Source: Escherichia coli (GTDB lineage Bacteria; Pseudomonadota; Gammaproteobacteria; Enterobacterales; Enterobacteriaceae). Taken from it: DNA of 64,000 nt. The stretch lies in the NCBI RefSeq assembly GCF_003790525.1, contig NZ_CP033635.1; one strand, written 5' to 3'. Within the stretch, counting starts at the first letter, position 1, and every line of letters begins with the position of its first letter. This document shows positions 15,734 to 24,048 of this stretch, one piece after another. The notes beneath the pieces are model-generated. The model was not told where the DNA came from. It saw nothing but the letters and a program-made list of their open reading frames with translations, and made no database searches. The position numbers and the translations under genes are program-made.

Positions 15734-16708
15734 ATGATAAAACATCTTACCTTACCGAAAAAAATGGCTGCAATGGTACTTCTTGCAGGCGCTGCCCTCA
15801 GCATTGCGCCTGTACAGGCAGCCTCCTACCCAACCAAACAGATCGAGTTAGTCGTTCCCTACGCTGCCGGAGGCGGTACGGATCTGGTTGCCCGTGCCTT
15901 TGCTGATGCCGCCAAAAACCATTTACCCGTCAGCATCGGGGTTATCAATAAACCTGGCGGAGGCGGTGCTATCGGCCTGAGTGAAATCGCCGCTGCCCGC
16001 CCTGGCGGTTACAAAATTGGTTTAGGCACGGTTGAACTGACCACCCTTCCCAGCCTCGGAATGGTGCGTTTTAAAACCAGCGATTTTAAACCCATTGCCC
16101 GTCTAAACGCGGATCCGGCTGCTATCACCGTCCGTTCTGATGCGCCGTGGAATAGCTATGAAGAATTTATGACTTACGCCAAAGCGAATCCCGGAAAAGT
16201 ACGCATTGGTAACTCAGGCACCGGAGCTATCTGGCATCTGGCGGCAGCTGCACTGGAAGACAAAACGGGTGCGAAGTTTTCTCATGTCCCGTATGACGGC
16301 GCAGCCCCTGCCATTACAGGCCTGTTAGGCGGGCATATTGAAGCGGTTTCCGTAAGCCCAGGAGAAGTTATCAACCATGTGAAAGGCGGCAAGCTGAAGA
16401 CACTGGTAGTGATGGCGGATGAGCGAATGAAAACCATGCCTGACGTCCCGACGTTAAAAGAGAAAGGCGTTGATCTCTCCATCGGCACCTGGCGCGGCCT
16501 GATTGTGTCGCAAAAAACGCCGCAGGATGTGGTGGATGTTCTGGCAAAGGCAGCAAAAGAGACGGCTGAAGAGCCTGCATTCCAGGATGCACTGCAAAAG
16601 TTGAATCTCAACTATGCATGGCTTGACGCTGCCAGCTTCCAGACCCAAATCAGCGAACAGGAAAAGTACTTTGACGAGTTGCTGACTCGCCTGGGCCTGA
16701 AAAAATAA
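15734..16708 (+). CDS. Tripartite tricarboxylate transporter substrate-binding protein (TctC/Bug family)
   Basis: 324 aa with a Sec signal peptide (…LSIAPVQA|AS). The PYAAGGGTDLVAR motif is characteristic of Bug/TctC periplasmic receptors. Confidence 0.88.
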   Translation: MIKHLTLPKKMAAMVLLAGAALSIAPVQAASYPTKQIELVVPYAAGGGTDLVARAFADAAKNHLPVSIGVINKPGGGGAIGLSEIAAARPGGYKIGLGTVELTTLPSLGMVRFKTSDFKPIARLNADPAAITVRSDAPWNSYEEFMTYAKANPGKVRIGNSGTGAIWHLAAAALEDKTGAKFSHVPYDGAAPAITGLLGGHIEAVSVSPGEVINHVKGGKLKTLVVMADERMKTMPDVPTLKEKGVDLSIGTWRGLIVSQKTPQDVVDVLAKAAKETAEEPAFQDALQKLNLNYAWLDAASFQTQISEQEKYFDELLTRLGLKK

Positions 16709-16724
16709 ACCTGAGGTACGGTTG

Positions 16725-17231
16725 ATGAACACAAAACAGTCTGTTGCTCAACTCGCCGTACCGCACCGCAAGCGCCTTTCATCAACGATGGTGGTGGCGC
16801 TGTTACTTTGTGTGGTTGCTGGCGCGGTGATGATTAATGCCGCTGATTTTCCAGCAACTGCCATTGAAACGGATCCCGGTGCAAGTGCCTTCCCTACCTT
16901 CTATGCCTGTGCCCTGATTGTGCTCGCTGTCTTGCTGGTGATACGCGATCTTTTGCAGGCAAAACCAGCCTCTTGCGCCAACGCACAGGAAAAACCGGCA
17001 TTCAGGAAAACGGCAACAGGAATTGCGGCAACCGCGTTTTATATTGTGACGATGAGCTACTGCGGTTATCTCATTACTACTCCTGTTTTCCTCATCGTCA
17101 TTATGACGTTGATGGGCTACAGGCGATGGGTACTCACACCGGGTATTGCGCTGCTGTTAACGGCAATCCTCTGGTTGCTGTTTGTCGAAGCGTTACAGGT
17201 GCCATTGCCTGTCGGCACATTTTTCGAATAA
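16725..17231 (+). CDS. Tripartite tricarboxylate transporter small membrane subunit (TctB family)
   Basis: About 168 aa with 4 predicted TM helices, sitting between the TctC- and TctA-type genes. The ORF track starts at TTG 16722; the adjacent ATG at 16725 is more likely. Confidence 0.75.
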   Translation: MNTKQSVAQLAVPHRKRLSSTMVVALLLCVVAGAVMINAADFPATAIETDPGASAFPTFYACALIVLAVLLVIRDLLQAKPASCANAQEKPAFRKTATGIAATAFYIVTMSYCGYLITTPVFLIVIMTLMGYRRWVLTPGIALLLTAILWLLFVEALQVPLPVGTFFE

Positions 17232-17243
17232 CAGGGGCCAGCA

Positions 17244-18734
17244 ATGTTTGAAAGTGAACTTTTAACTCAGGGTTTTTCGACATTACTCAATAATCCTCAG
17301 GCGCTGCTGTTTGCCACTTTTGGGGTGATGCTGGGTATTGTGATTGGCGCTTTGCCTGGTCTGACAGCGACCATGGGTGTGGCGATTTTGCTGCCTTTCA
17401 CCTACGGCATGGAGCCTGTTTCTGGCTTGTTGATGATTTGCGGCGTCTTTTTTGGTGGCGTCTACGGTGGTTCTATCACCGCAATTTTGCTCAAAATTCC
17501 CGGAACGCCTGCCGCCGCAGCCACCGCTATTGATGGTTATGAGCTGACGAAACAGGGAAAAGCAGGGCTGGCATTGAGTGCCGCCACGTTCTCTTCCTTT
17601 AGTGGCGGAACGCTCAGCATTATCGTGCTGATGTTTCTCTCTCCGGTACTTGCCAGTTGGGCGCTGAAATTTAGTGCCTCGGAGTCCTTCGCCCTGGCAA
17701 CCTTCGGACTGAGCATTATTGCCAGTATTTCCGGTGAGTCACTGATTAAAGGGCTGATTGCCGGGGTTGGCGGATTGCTGATCGCAACGATAGGCCTTGA
17801 TCCAATGGGCGGTTTTCCACGGTTTACAGGTGGATTTGTGGAGCTGATGAATGTGCCATTTATCCCGGTGATGATTGGTTTATTTGCTGCTTCAGAAGCA
17901 TTCCGCTCTATGGAGCAAAACCAGCAAATTCGTCAGGGGGCGAAGGTGGCTATCGGCAGTCTGTTACTGCCCTGGCAAACACTACGCCGCATTGCATTAA
18001 CCATTTTGCGCTCATCAGGATTAGGGGTTTTTATCGGCATGATCCCCGGTGCGGGGGCGGATATTGCAGCTTTTGTTGCCTATAACGAAACTCGTCGTTT
18101 CAGTAAGACACCAGAAAACTTTGGTAAGGGTGAAATTAAAGCTGTGGCCTCCTGTGAGGCAGGCGCGAATGGCTGCACCGGTGGCGCATTGTTACCTATG
18201 CTGACGCTGGGGATCCCTGGCGATGCGGTAACCGCCATCATGCTGGGCGCGTTAACGTTACAGGGAATGCAACCAGGCCCGCTGATGTTTACCGACCACG
18301 GCGATATGGTTTATACACTGTTTGTCGGCATGATCTTCTGTTACTTCATGCTACTAGTTCTTGGACTGCTCTCTTTGAAAGTCATCGGTAATGTGGTGAA
18401 AATTCCCGGCAATATTCTCACACCGATGATCCTCGCACTTTGTGTGGTCGGGACTTATGCGTTGAACAATAGCCTGTTTGATGTTGGCATTATGCTGATT
18501 GCAGGCGTGGTGGGCTATTTCATGCAGAAAGGAGGATATCCGGCATCACCCGTAGTGCTGGCATTGATTATGGGGCCAATGGCGGAAAGTAATTTTCGCC
18601 GTGCGCTGTCGCTTTCTGGTGGGTCACTCGACTTTCTGTATACCCGACCGATAACTCTGGCATTGCTGACTCTGGCAGCCTTTACGCTACTGACGCCAAT
18701 AATCCGCAAAATAATGCGTTTACGGCGTCAATAA
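17244..18734 (+). CDS. Tripartite tricarboxylate transporter large permease (TctA family)
   Basis: 496-aa polytopic membrane protein with the GALPGLTATMGVAILLPFT and GIPGDAVTA motifs typical of TctA. Confidence 0.88.
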   Translation: MFESELLTQGFSTLLNNPQALLFATFGVMLGIVIGALPGLTATMGVAILLPFTYGMEPVSGLLMICGVFFGGVYGGSITAILLKIPGTPAAAATAIDGYELTKQGKAGLALSAATFSSFSGGTLSIIVLMFLSPVLASWALKFSASESFALATFGLSIIASISGESLIKGLIAGVGGLLIATIGLDPMGGFPRFTGGFVELMNVPFIPVMIGLFAASEAFRSMEQNQQIRQGAKVAIGSLLLPWQTLRRIALTILRSSGLGVFIGMIPGAGADIAAFVAYNETRRFSKTPENFGKGEIKAVASCEAGANGCTGGALLPMLTLGIPGDAVTAIMLGALTLQGMQPGPLMFTDHGDMVYTLFVGMIFCYFMLLVLGLLSLKVIGNVVKIPGNILTPMILALCVVGTYALNNSLFDVGIMLIAGVVGYFMQKGGYPASPVVLALIMGPMAESNFRRALSLSGGSLDFLYTRPITLALLTLAAFTLLTPIIRKIMRLRRQ

Positions 18735-18741
18735 CTGATAT

Positions 18742-18769
18742 CGCTCCCCGAAGTTGGGGAGCGTTTTTT
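18742..18769 (+). terminator. Rho-independent terminator of the TTT operon, overlapping the udp stop codon
   Basis: Stem CGCTCCCC (18742-18749) / GGGGAGCG (18756-18763) with a 6-nt loop, then TTTTTT (18764-18769). Confidence 0.8.
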
Positions 18770-19532
18770 ATTTCAGCAGACGACGCGCCGCTTCCACCAC
18801 GATTTTCACCGCATGGCTTTCGGTTTGTTTCATCGTCTCAGCATTCGGGATCTCTTGCTGGGTGCGGTTAACGATAACCCCCGCTACCATACCGGCACGC
18901 AGGCCCTGACTTGCACACATGGTCAGCAGGGTTGCAGATTCCATTTCATAGTTCATTACGCCCATCGCCTGCCACTCTTCCATAGAACCTTTAAAGTGAC
19001 GAACTACGCGACCAGAGTAAGTATCGTAACGTTCCTGACCCGGGTAGAAGGTATCAGAAGAAGCCGTCACACCAACGTGAGTGGTGGCACCAATTGACTT
19101 CGCCGCTTCAACCAGCGCAGTCGTACATTCGAAATCAGCGACAGCCGGGAATTCCAGCGGTGCGAAGTGCAGGCTCGCACCATCCAGACGAACAGACGCC
19201 GTGGTAACCAGGACATCGCCAACATTAATATGCGGCTGAATAGCGCCTGTTGTGCCGATACGCAGGAAGGTGCGAATGCCCAGCTGTGCCAGCTCTTCAA
19301 CAGCAATAGAGGTAGACGGGCCGCCGATACCGGTAGAGCAGACGATAACAGGTTTACCATCCAGCTCTGCACGCCAGGTGGTGAATTCGCGATGAGATGC
19401 CAGCTTAACCGGCTTATCCATCAGCGCGGCGATCTTTTCCACACGATCCGGGTCGCCAGGGACGATGGCAAGCGTAGCCCCTTGTAAATCGTTTTTAGTG
19501 AGGCCGAGATGAAAAACATCAGACTTGGACAT
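18768..19532 (-). CDS. udp: Uridine phosphorylase Udp
   Basis: [28 protein letters not shown]... The Met at 19532 gives 254 aa ending ...AARRLLK. I recall K-12 Udp as 253 aa. Confidence 0.96.
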   Translation of the reverse strand: MSKSDVFHLGLTKNDLQGATLAIVPGDPDRVEKIAALMDKPVKLASHREFTTWRAELDGKPVIVCSTGIGGPSTSIAVEELAQLGIRTFLRIGTTGAIQPHINVGDVLVTTASVRLDGASLHFAPLEFPAVADFECTTALVEAAKSIGATTHVGVTASSDTFYPGQERYDTYSGRVVRHFKGSMEEWQAMGVMNYEMESATLLTMCASQGLRAGMVAGVIVNRTQQEIPNAETMKQTESHAVKIVVEAARRLLK

Positions 19533-19657
19533 ATACAACTCCTCTGTGAATCGGTTTAGTCAGAAGAAGCAAAAAGACACTTTACCGAAGGGTTTAACAT
19601 TTTTTCGTGATACTCATCACCATGACGAAAATGCGTTGCATAAATTTACCCGCCAAA

Positions 19658-19673
19658 AGTGATGCAAATCACA
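19658..19673. promoter_or_regulatory. CRP-binding site in the udp promoter region
   Basis: AGTGA-TGCAAA-TCACA is a near-perfect match to TGTGA-N6-TCACA. udp is a known CRP/CytR-controlled gene, and GTTGCAT-like CytR half-sites lie nearby (19635-19641). Confidence 0.55.
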
Positions 19674-19793
19674 TAAATCACTCTTCATTCTGCAGGACTG
19701 CATAAAAGATGAGCCGATTCAGGCAATGTGATTTGTTGCATGCTGACTATAGTTAACATTGCGCAACATTTTTATAAGGGTACGGAGAATACC

Positions 19794-20603
19794 ATGGCAA
19801 CAACACAACAATCTGGATTTGCACCTGCTGCATCGCCTCTCGCTTCGACCATCGTTCAGACTCCGGACGACGCGATTGTGGCGGGCTTCACCTCTATCCC
19901 TTCACAAGGGGATAACATGCCTGCTTACCATGCCAGACCAAGGCAAAGCGATGGCCCACTGCCAGTGGTCATTGTAGTGCAGGAAATTTTTGGCGTGCAT
20001 GAACATATCCGCGATATTTGTCGCCGTCTGGCGCTGGAGGGGTATCTGGCTATCGCACCTGAACTTTACTTCCGCGAAGGCGATCCGAATGATTTTGCCG
20101 ATATCCCTACGCTGCTTAGCGGTCTGGTAGCAAAAGTGCCTGACTCGCAGGTGCTGGCCGATCTCGATCATGTCGCCAGTTGGGCTTCCCGCAACGGCGG
20201 CGATGTTCATCGTTTAATGATCACCGGATTCTGCTGGGGTGGACGTATCACCTGGCTGTATGCCGCGCATAATCCACAACTGAAAGCAGCGGTGGCATGG
20301 TACGGCAAATTAACCGGCGATAAGACGCTGAATTCACCGAAACAACCTGTTGATATCGCAACCGATCTTAACGCGCCGGTTCTCGGCTTATATGGTGGTC
20401 AGGATAACAGCATTCCGCAAGAGAGTGTGGAAACGATGCGCCAGGCGCTGCGGGCAGCAAACGCGAAAGCAGAGATTATCGTGTACCCGGATGCAGGGCA
20501 TGCGTTCAACGCCGATTATCGTCCGAGCTATCATGCCGAGTCTGCGAAAGACGGCTGGCAGCGAATGTTGGAATGGTTTACACAGTATGGTGTTAAAAAG
20601 TAA
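19794..20603 (+). CDS. dlhH: Dienelactone hydrolase-family protein (carboxymethylenebutenolidase homologue) DlhH/YsgA
   Basis: The ATG at 19794 follows GGAGA (19784-19788). Sequence reads MATTQQSGFAPAASPLAS..., with a nucleophile-elbow-like GFCWGG motif. Matches K-12 YsgA as I recall it. Confidence 0.92.
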   Translation: MATTQQSGFAPAASPLASTIVQTPDDAIVAGFTSIPSQGDNMPAYHARPRQSDGPLPVVIVVQEIFGVHEHIRDICRRLALEGYLAIAPELYFREGDPNDFADIPTLLSGLVAKVPDSQVLADLDHVASWASRNGGDVHRLMITGFCWGGRITWLYAAHNPQLKAAVAWYGKLTGDKTLNSPKQPVDIATDLNAPVLGLYGGQDNSIPQESVETMRQALRAANAKAEIIVYPDAGHAFNADYRPSYHAESAKDGWQRMLEWFTQYGVKK

Positions 20604-20668
20604 CGCCATAGTCGCTAAATCTGATGATTAAGCTCACACAATTTCAACGATTTTTTTAATCTCAAAAC

Positions 20669-20699
20669 CATACAGCATCAAAAAATTTGTTGCTGTATG
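20669..20699. promoter_or_regulatory. 9-bp perfect inverted repeat, candidate operator upstream of the island-2 operon
   Basis: CATACAGCA (20669-20677), 13 nt, TGCTGTATG (20691-20699). The right arm plus its A/T tract (CAAAAATTTGTTGCTGT) recurs as CAAAAATTTCGTTGCTGT at 20748-20765. Confidence 0.4.
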
Positions 20700-20859
20700 C
20701 CACTCTTTGACTCCCTTCACATTCGTCATCACACCACCTGCTGAATGCAAAAATTTCGTTGCTGTGCGGCAAACTTTTTTCCTGTTTTGTGCCGCTTTTC
20801 TCCTGAATACTCGTTCTCAGAACAACTGGATCGTTTAAACATCAGACAGGAGATTTACC

Positions 20860-21528
20860 ATGACGCAATCCATTTTTCAGGCTCAACCCTTTGAATTACC
20901 TTTTGATCCGCGCACAACTGCACTGGTCATGATCGACATGCAGCGTGACTTTGTCGAAGCAGGGGGCTTCGGTGAGGCACTGGGCAATGATGTTTCACTG
21001 GTACGCACGGCTATCGCACCATGTACAGAGGTGCTGGCAGCCGCACGTCAAAAAGGAATTATGGTTATTCATACTCGTGAAGGCCATCGTGCAGACTTAA
21101 GCGACTGCCCGCCAGCCAAACTGACGCGCGGCGGAAAAACCTTTATTGGTGAACCAGGACCGATGGGACGCATTCTGGTCAGAGGTGAAGCAGGTCATGA
21201 CATCATTCCTGAACTGTACCCGGTGGCAGGCGAACCGGTGATTGATAAGCCTGGCAAAGGCGCGTTTTATCAAACCGACTTACATCTGATTTTGCAAAAC
21301 CACGGTATCAAGACGCTGATAGTTTGTGGTGTTACAACCGAAGTTTGCGTAACCACCACCGTGCGCGAAGCAAATGATCGTGGCTATGAATGCATTATCC
21401 CGGAAGATTGTGTCGGCTCCTATTTCCCGGAATTCCAGAAATACGCCCTCGAGATGATCAAAGCACAAGGTGCCATTTTCGGTTGGGTTACTGATTCCAA
21501 AGCCATTATTGCAGGCCTGGAAGGCTAA
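20860..21528 (+). CDS. Isochorismatase-like cysteine amidohydrolase (RutB / biuret-hydrolase / N-carbamoylsarcosine-amidase type)
   Basis: 222 aa. The catalytic triad context is present: ALVMIDMQRDF (Asp), KPGKGAF (Lys), LIVCGVTTEVCV (Cys). The C-terminal GAIFGWVTD resembles the RutB FFGWVSD. AGGAG lies 8 nt upstream. Confidence 0.85.
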   Translation: MTQSIFQAQPFELPFDPRTTALVMIDMQRDFVEAGGFGEALGNDVSLVRTAIAPCTEVLAAARQKGIMVIHTREGHRADLSDCPPAKLTRGGKTFIGEPGPMGRILVRGEAGHDIIPELYPVAGEPVIDKPGKGAFYQTDLHLILQNHGIKTLIVCGVTTEVCVTTTVREANDRGYECIIPEDCVGSYFPEFQKYALEMIKAQGAIFGWVTDSKAIIAGLEG

Positions 21529-21533
21529 CACCG

Positions 21534-22394
21534 ATGGTACAGGTTACGCTTTGCGCATCGTCGTTGGGATATCTTTTCCCGCAGAATGAAACGCAAGATT
21601 TACGTCTACATAGCGCTTTTAAACATGCGGTAAATCTGTATTCAGACGCGGGAACATTCATCACTCTGTTGTGTGCGCAAACGTATCTGAATCTCCCTGA
21701 TGCAGCCAGAGTCTGGCTACCTGAATGTTGGGACTGGCGAAGAGAGATTGCCCATTCAGATCCCATTCAGTTAACCCCAGGCTTACTGCGGACACCTCGA
21801 TTTTGTGTGGCGCTCGAAAACGCAACGCTCTGGCAGTCGCCATTTGTGGGGGGAATGCTGACACTTGAGGCATTCCCTTTGGTTTTCCAGCACTACCCAA
21901 CGATGGCATCGCAACGGCTTTTATTTTGTCTGGAACATAACGTTCAAAGCACATTGCACCTGCCGGATAGTCTCACGCACCAGGGATTAGCGATTATGGA
22001 GCATCCAGATGCGCTGGAACGCCAGGTGCCACAACTGATCGGCTTTGGTAAAGGCTTAACGCCCGATGGAGATGACTATTTGTTGGGCTATCTGGCAGCA
22101 CTCTGGTTATGGCAACTCCCTGCACCACTTGCCGATCATCAATACCGGTTGCAGCAGGTAATTGATCAACATGCGCACAACACCACGGATATCAGTCGTC
22201 ATTATCTGGAGCGTGCGCTTCAGGGACATTTTTCAGAACCGATTTGCCAGTTACTCGCACAACTGGTTGGGAGTGCATCGGCAATGACAATCGCATCCTG
22301 TGCAGAACAGGTCATGCAATTTGGCGCAACGTCAGGAGTAGATTGCCTTGCAGGAATGCTGCATGGCTTTCGAACCCTGAACACCATAAATTGA
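21534..22394 (+). CDS. DUF2877-family protein (YlbF-like)
   Basis: 286 aa with the GKGLTPDGDDYLLGYLAAL and TTDISRHYL motifs I associate with YlbF/DUF2877. It starts 5 nt after the hydrolase stop. Confidence 0.75.
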   Translation: MVQVTLCASSLGYLFPQNETQDLRLHSAFKHAVNLYSDAGTFITLLCAQTYLNLPDAARVWLPECWDWRREIAHSDPIQLTPGLLRTPRFCVALENATLWQSPFVGGMLTLEAFPLVFQHYPTMASQRLLFCLEHNVQSTLHLPDSLTHQGLAIMEHPDALERQVPQLIGFGKGLTPDGDDYLLGYLAALWLWQLPAPLADHQYRLQQVIDQHAHNTTDISRHYLERALQGHFSEPICQLLAQLVGSASAMTIASCAEQVMQFGATSGVDCLAGMLHGFRTLNTIN

Positions 22395-22488
22395 TTTCAA
22401 CCTTTTCTCCCGTAGCCCGTTTATGGGGCTACACGGGGATGCTTTGCCCGAATTTTGCTATCGGGCGGAATGAAACAGGCGTAACAGC

Positions 22489-24048
22489 ATGAAAGTTAAA
22501 TATAAAGTTTTCAGTAATCTTTATCAGGACTCAGTTTCTCTGATGCAGATTTCCGCGCAAATCAGCAAGTTGCCCGGTATTCAACAGGCCTCGGTCGTCA
22601 TGGGAACACCCAATAATCTCGAGCAATTGAGCGATGCGGGTCTGGGTAACGAAATCAACGCCAGTCCCAATGATTTAGTGATTGCAGTCATGGGTGAAGA
22701 AGATATTTGCAATGAAGCACTGGTACTGGCCCAGCAACGTCTGACCAGCAAACCCGATGATGAAACGGATAGTGGCATTAAAACACCGGAAAAGGTCAGC
22801 CTGGAAATGGCACTGGAAGCCGAGCCCGAAGCCAACCTGGCACTCATTTCTGTACCGGGAGACTACGCCGCCGCCGAAGCAATTAAAGCGTTAAACCTCG
22901 GAATGAACGTGATGATGTTCAGCGATAACGTCAGTATCGTGCAGGAAAAATCCATCAAAACGCTTGCCCGAGAACGTCAGCGCATCGTAATGGGACCTGA
23001 CTGTGGAACCGCCATTGTTAACGGCATTCCGTTAGGCTTCGCTAATGTGGTGAAACGCGGAGCAATTGGTGTTATTGGCGCGTCAGGCACCGGGCTACAG
23101 GAAGTGACTTGCCGAATCGACCAGCTCGGAGCGGGTATTTCTCAGGCGTTGGGAACAGGCGGACATGATCTCAGTGAAGAGATTGGTGGAATATCGATGC
23201 TCTTCGCTTTAGATGCGCTGGCGCAAGACGATGAAACTCGCGTGATTGTGCTTATTTCAAAACCGCCTTCACCGATCGTTGCCCGGACTATTCTGGAGCG
23301 TGCCGAGGCTTGTGGAAAACCCGTGGTGGTGAATTTCCTCGGTGCGAATCCGCATGATCTGGCACGTCCCAATATCACCGCGGCCACCACACTTGCCAGC
23401 GCCGCAAATATCGCCGTGGCGTTACTGAATGATCAACCACTTCCGACTATCGAGACCGAAATTTCCTGCGACGATCTCACAATGTTACAAAACGCCTGCC
23501 AGCGCCTGCCAGCCCATCGCCAGGCGATACGCGGTGTTTTCGCCGGAGGAACCTTCTGCTACGAAGCGCAACTTATCTGCCAACAAAAGGGATTCAGCGC
23601 AGCCTCCAATACGCCAGTTGCGGGTAATCGTGCTCTGGCAAATATCTGGCAAAGCGAAGATCACACGTTGATCGATATGGGCGACGATGATTTCACCCGT
23701 GGCAAACCGCATCCAATGATCGACCCGACTCTGCGCAATCAACGTCTGCTCAACGAACTCAACGACTCACACACTGCCGTCGTGTTATTCGACCTGGTAC
23801 TTGGTTATGGCGCTTCCACGACGCCTGCCAGCGAATTACTGGACCAACTTTCACACATCGACATGAATAACGCACCGTTGCTGATTGCGCACGTTTGCGG
23901 AACGGAAGCTGATCCGCAAATACGCAGTCAGCAGATAAGCGCACTACAAAATGCAGGGGTCATCATCGCCAGCAGCAATGCACAGGCGGCGTTATGGGCC
24001 AGCACCGTTGCACAGACTCAGTTGCAGAAAAAGGGGCTAAACGCATGA
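22489..24048 (+). CDS. FdrA-family protein (succinyl-CoA-synthetase-alpha-like, CoA-ligase fold)
   Basis: 519 aa with long collinear similarity to my recollection of E. coli FdrA: QDSVSLMQIS, NVMMFSDNV, MGPDCGT, IGVIGASGTGLQE, GDDDFTRGKPHPMIDPTLRNQ. Confidence 0.88.
   Translation: MKVKYKVFSNLYQDSVSLMQISAQISKLPGIQQASVVMGTPNNLEQLSDAGLGNEINASPNDLVIAVMGEEDICNEALVLAQQRLTSKPDDETDSGIKTPEKVSLEMALEAEPEANLALISVPGDYAAAEAIKALNLGMNVMMFSDNVSIVQEKSIKTLARERQRIVMGPDCGTAIVNGIPLGFANVVKRGAIGVIGASGTGLQEVTCRIDQLGAGISQALGTGGHDLSEEIGGISMLFALDALAQDDETRVIVLISKPPSPIVARTILERAEACGKPVVVNFLGANPHDLARPNITAATTLASAANIAVALLNDQPLPTIETEISCDDLTMLQNACQRLPAHRQAIRGVFAGGTFCYEAQLICQQKGFSAASNTPVAGNRALANIWQSEDHTLIDMGDDDFTRGKPHPMIDPTLRNQRLLNELNDSHTAVVLFDLVLGYGASTTPASELLDQLSHIDMNNAPLLIAHVCGTEADPQIRSQQISALQNAGVIIASSNAQAALWASTVAQTQLQKKGLNA

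Noticed and set aside
19727-19742. Second CRP-like half-site TGTGA-TTTGTT-GCATG between udp and dlhH
   Set aside because: Only the left half matches the consensus. The spacing to the strong site (69 bp) and to either start codon does not clearly fit a class I or class II architecture, so it is not called as a feature.
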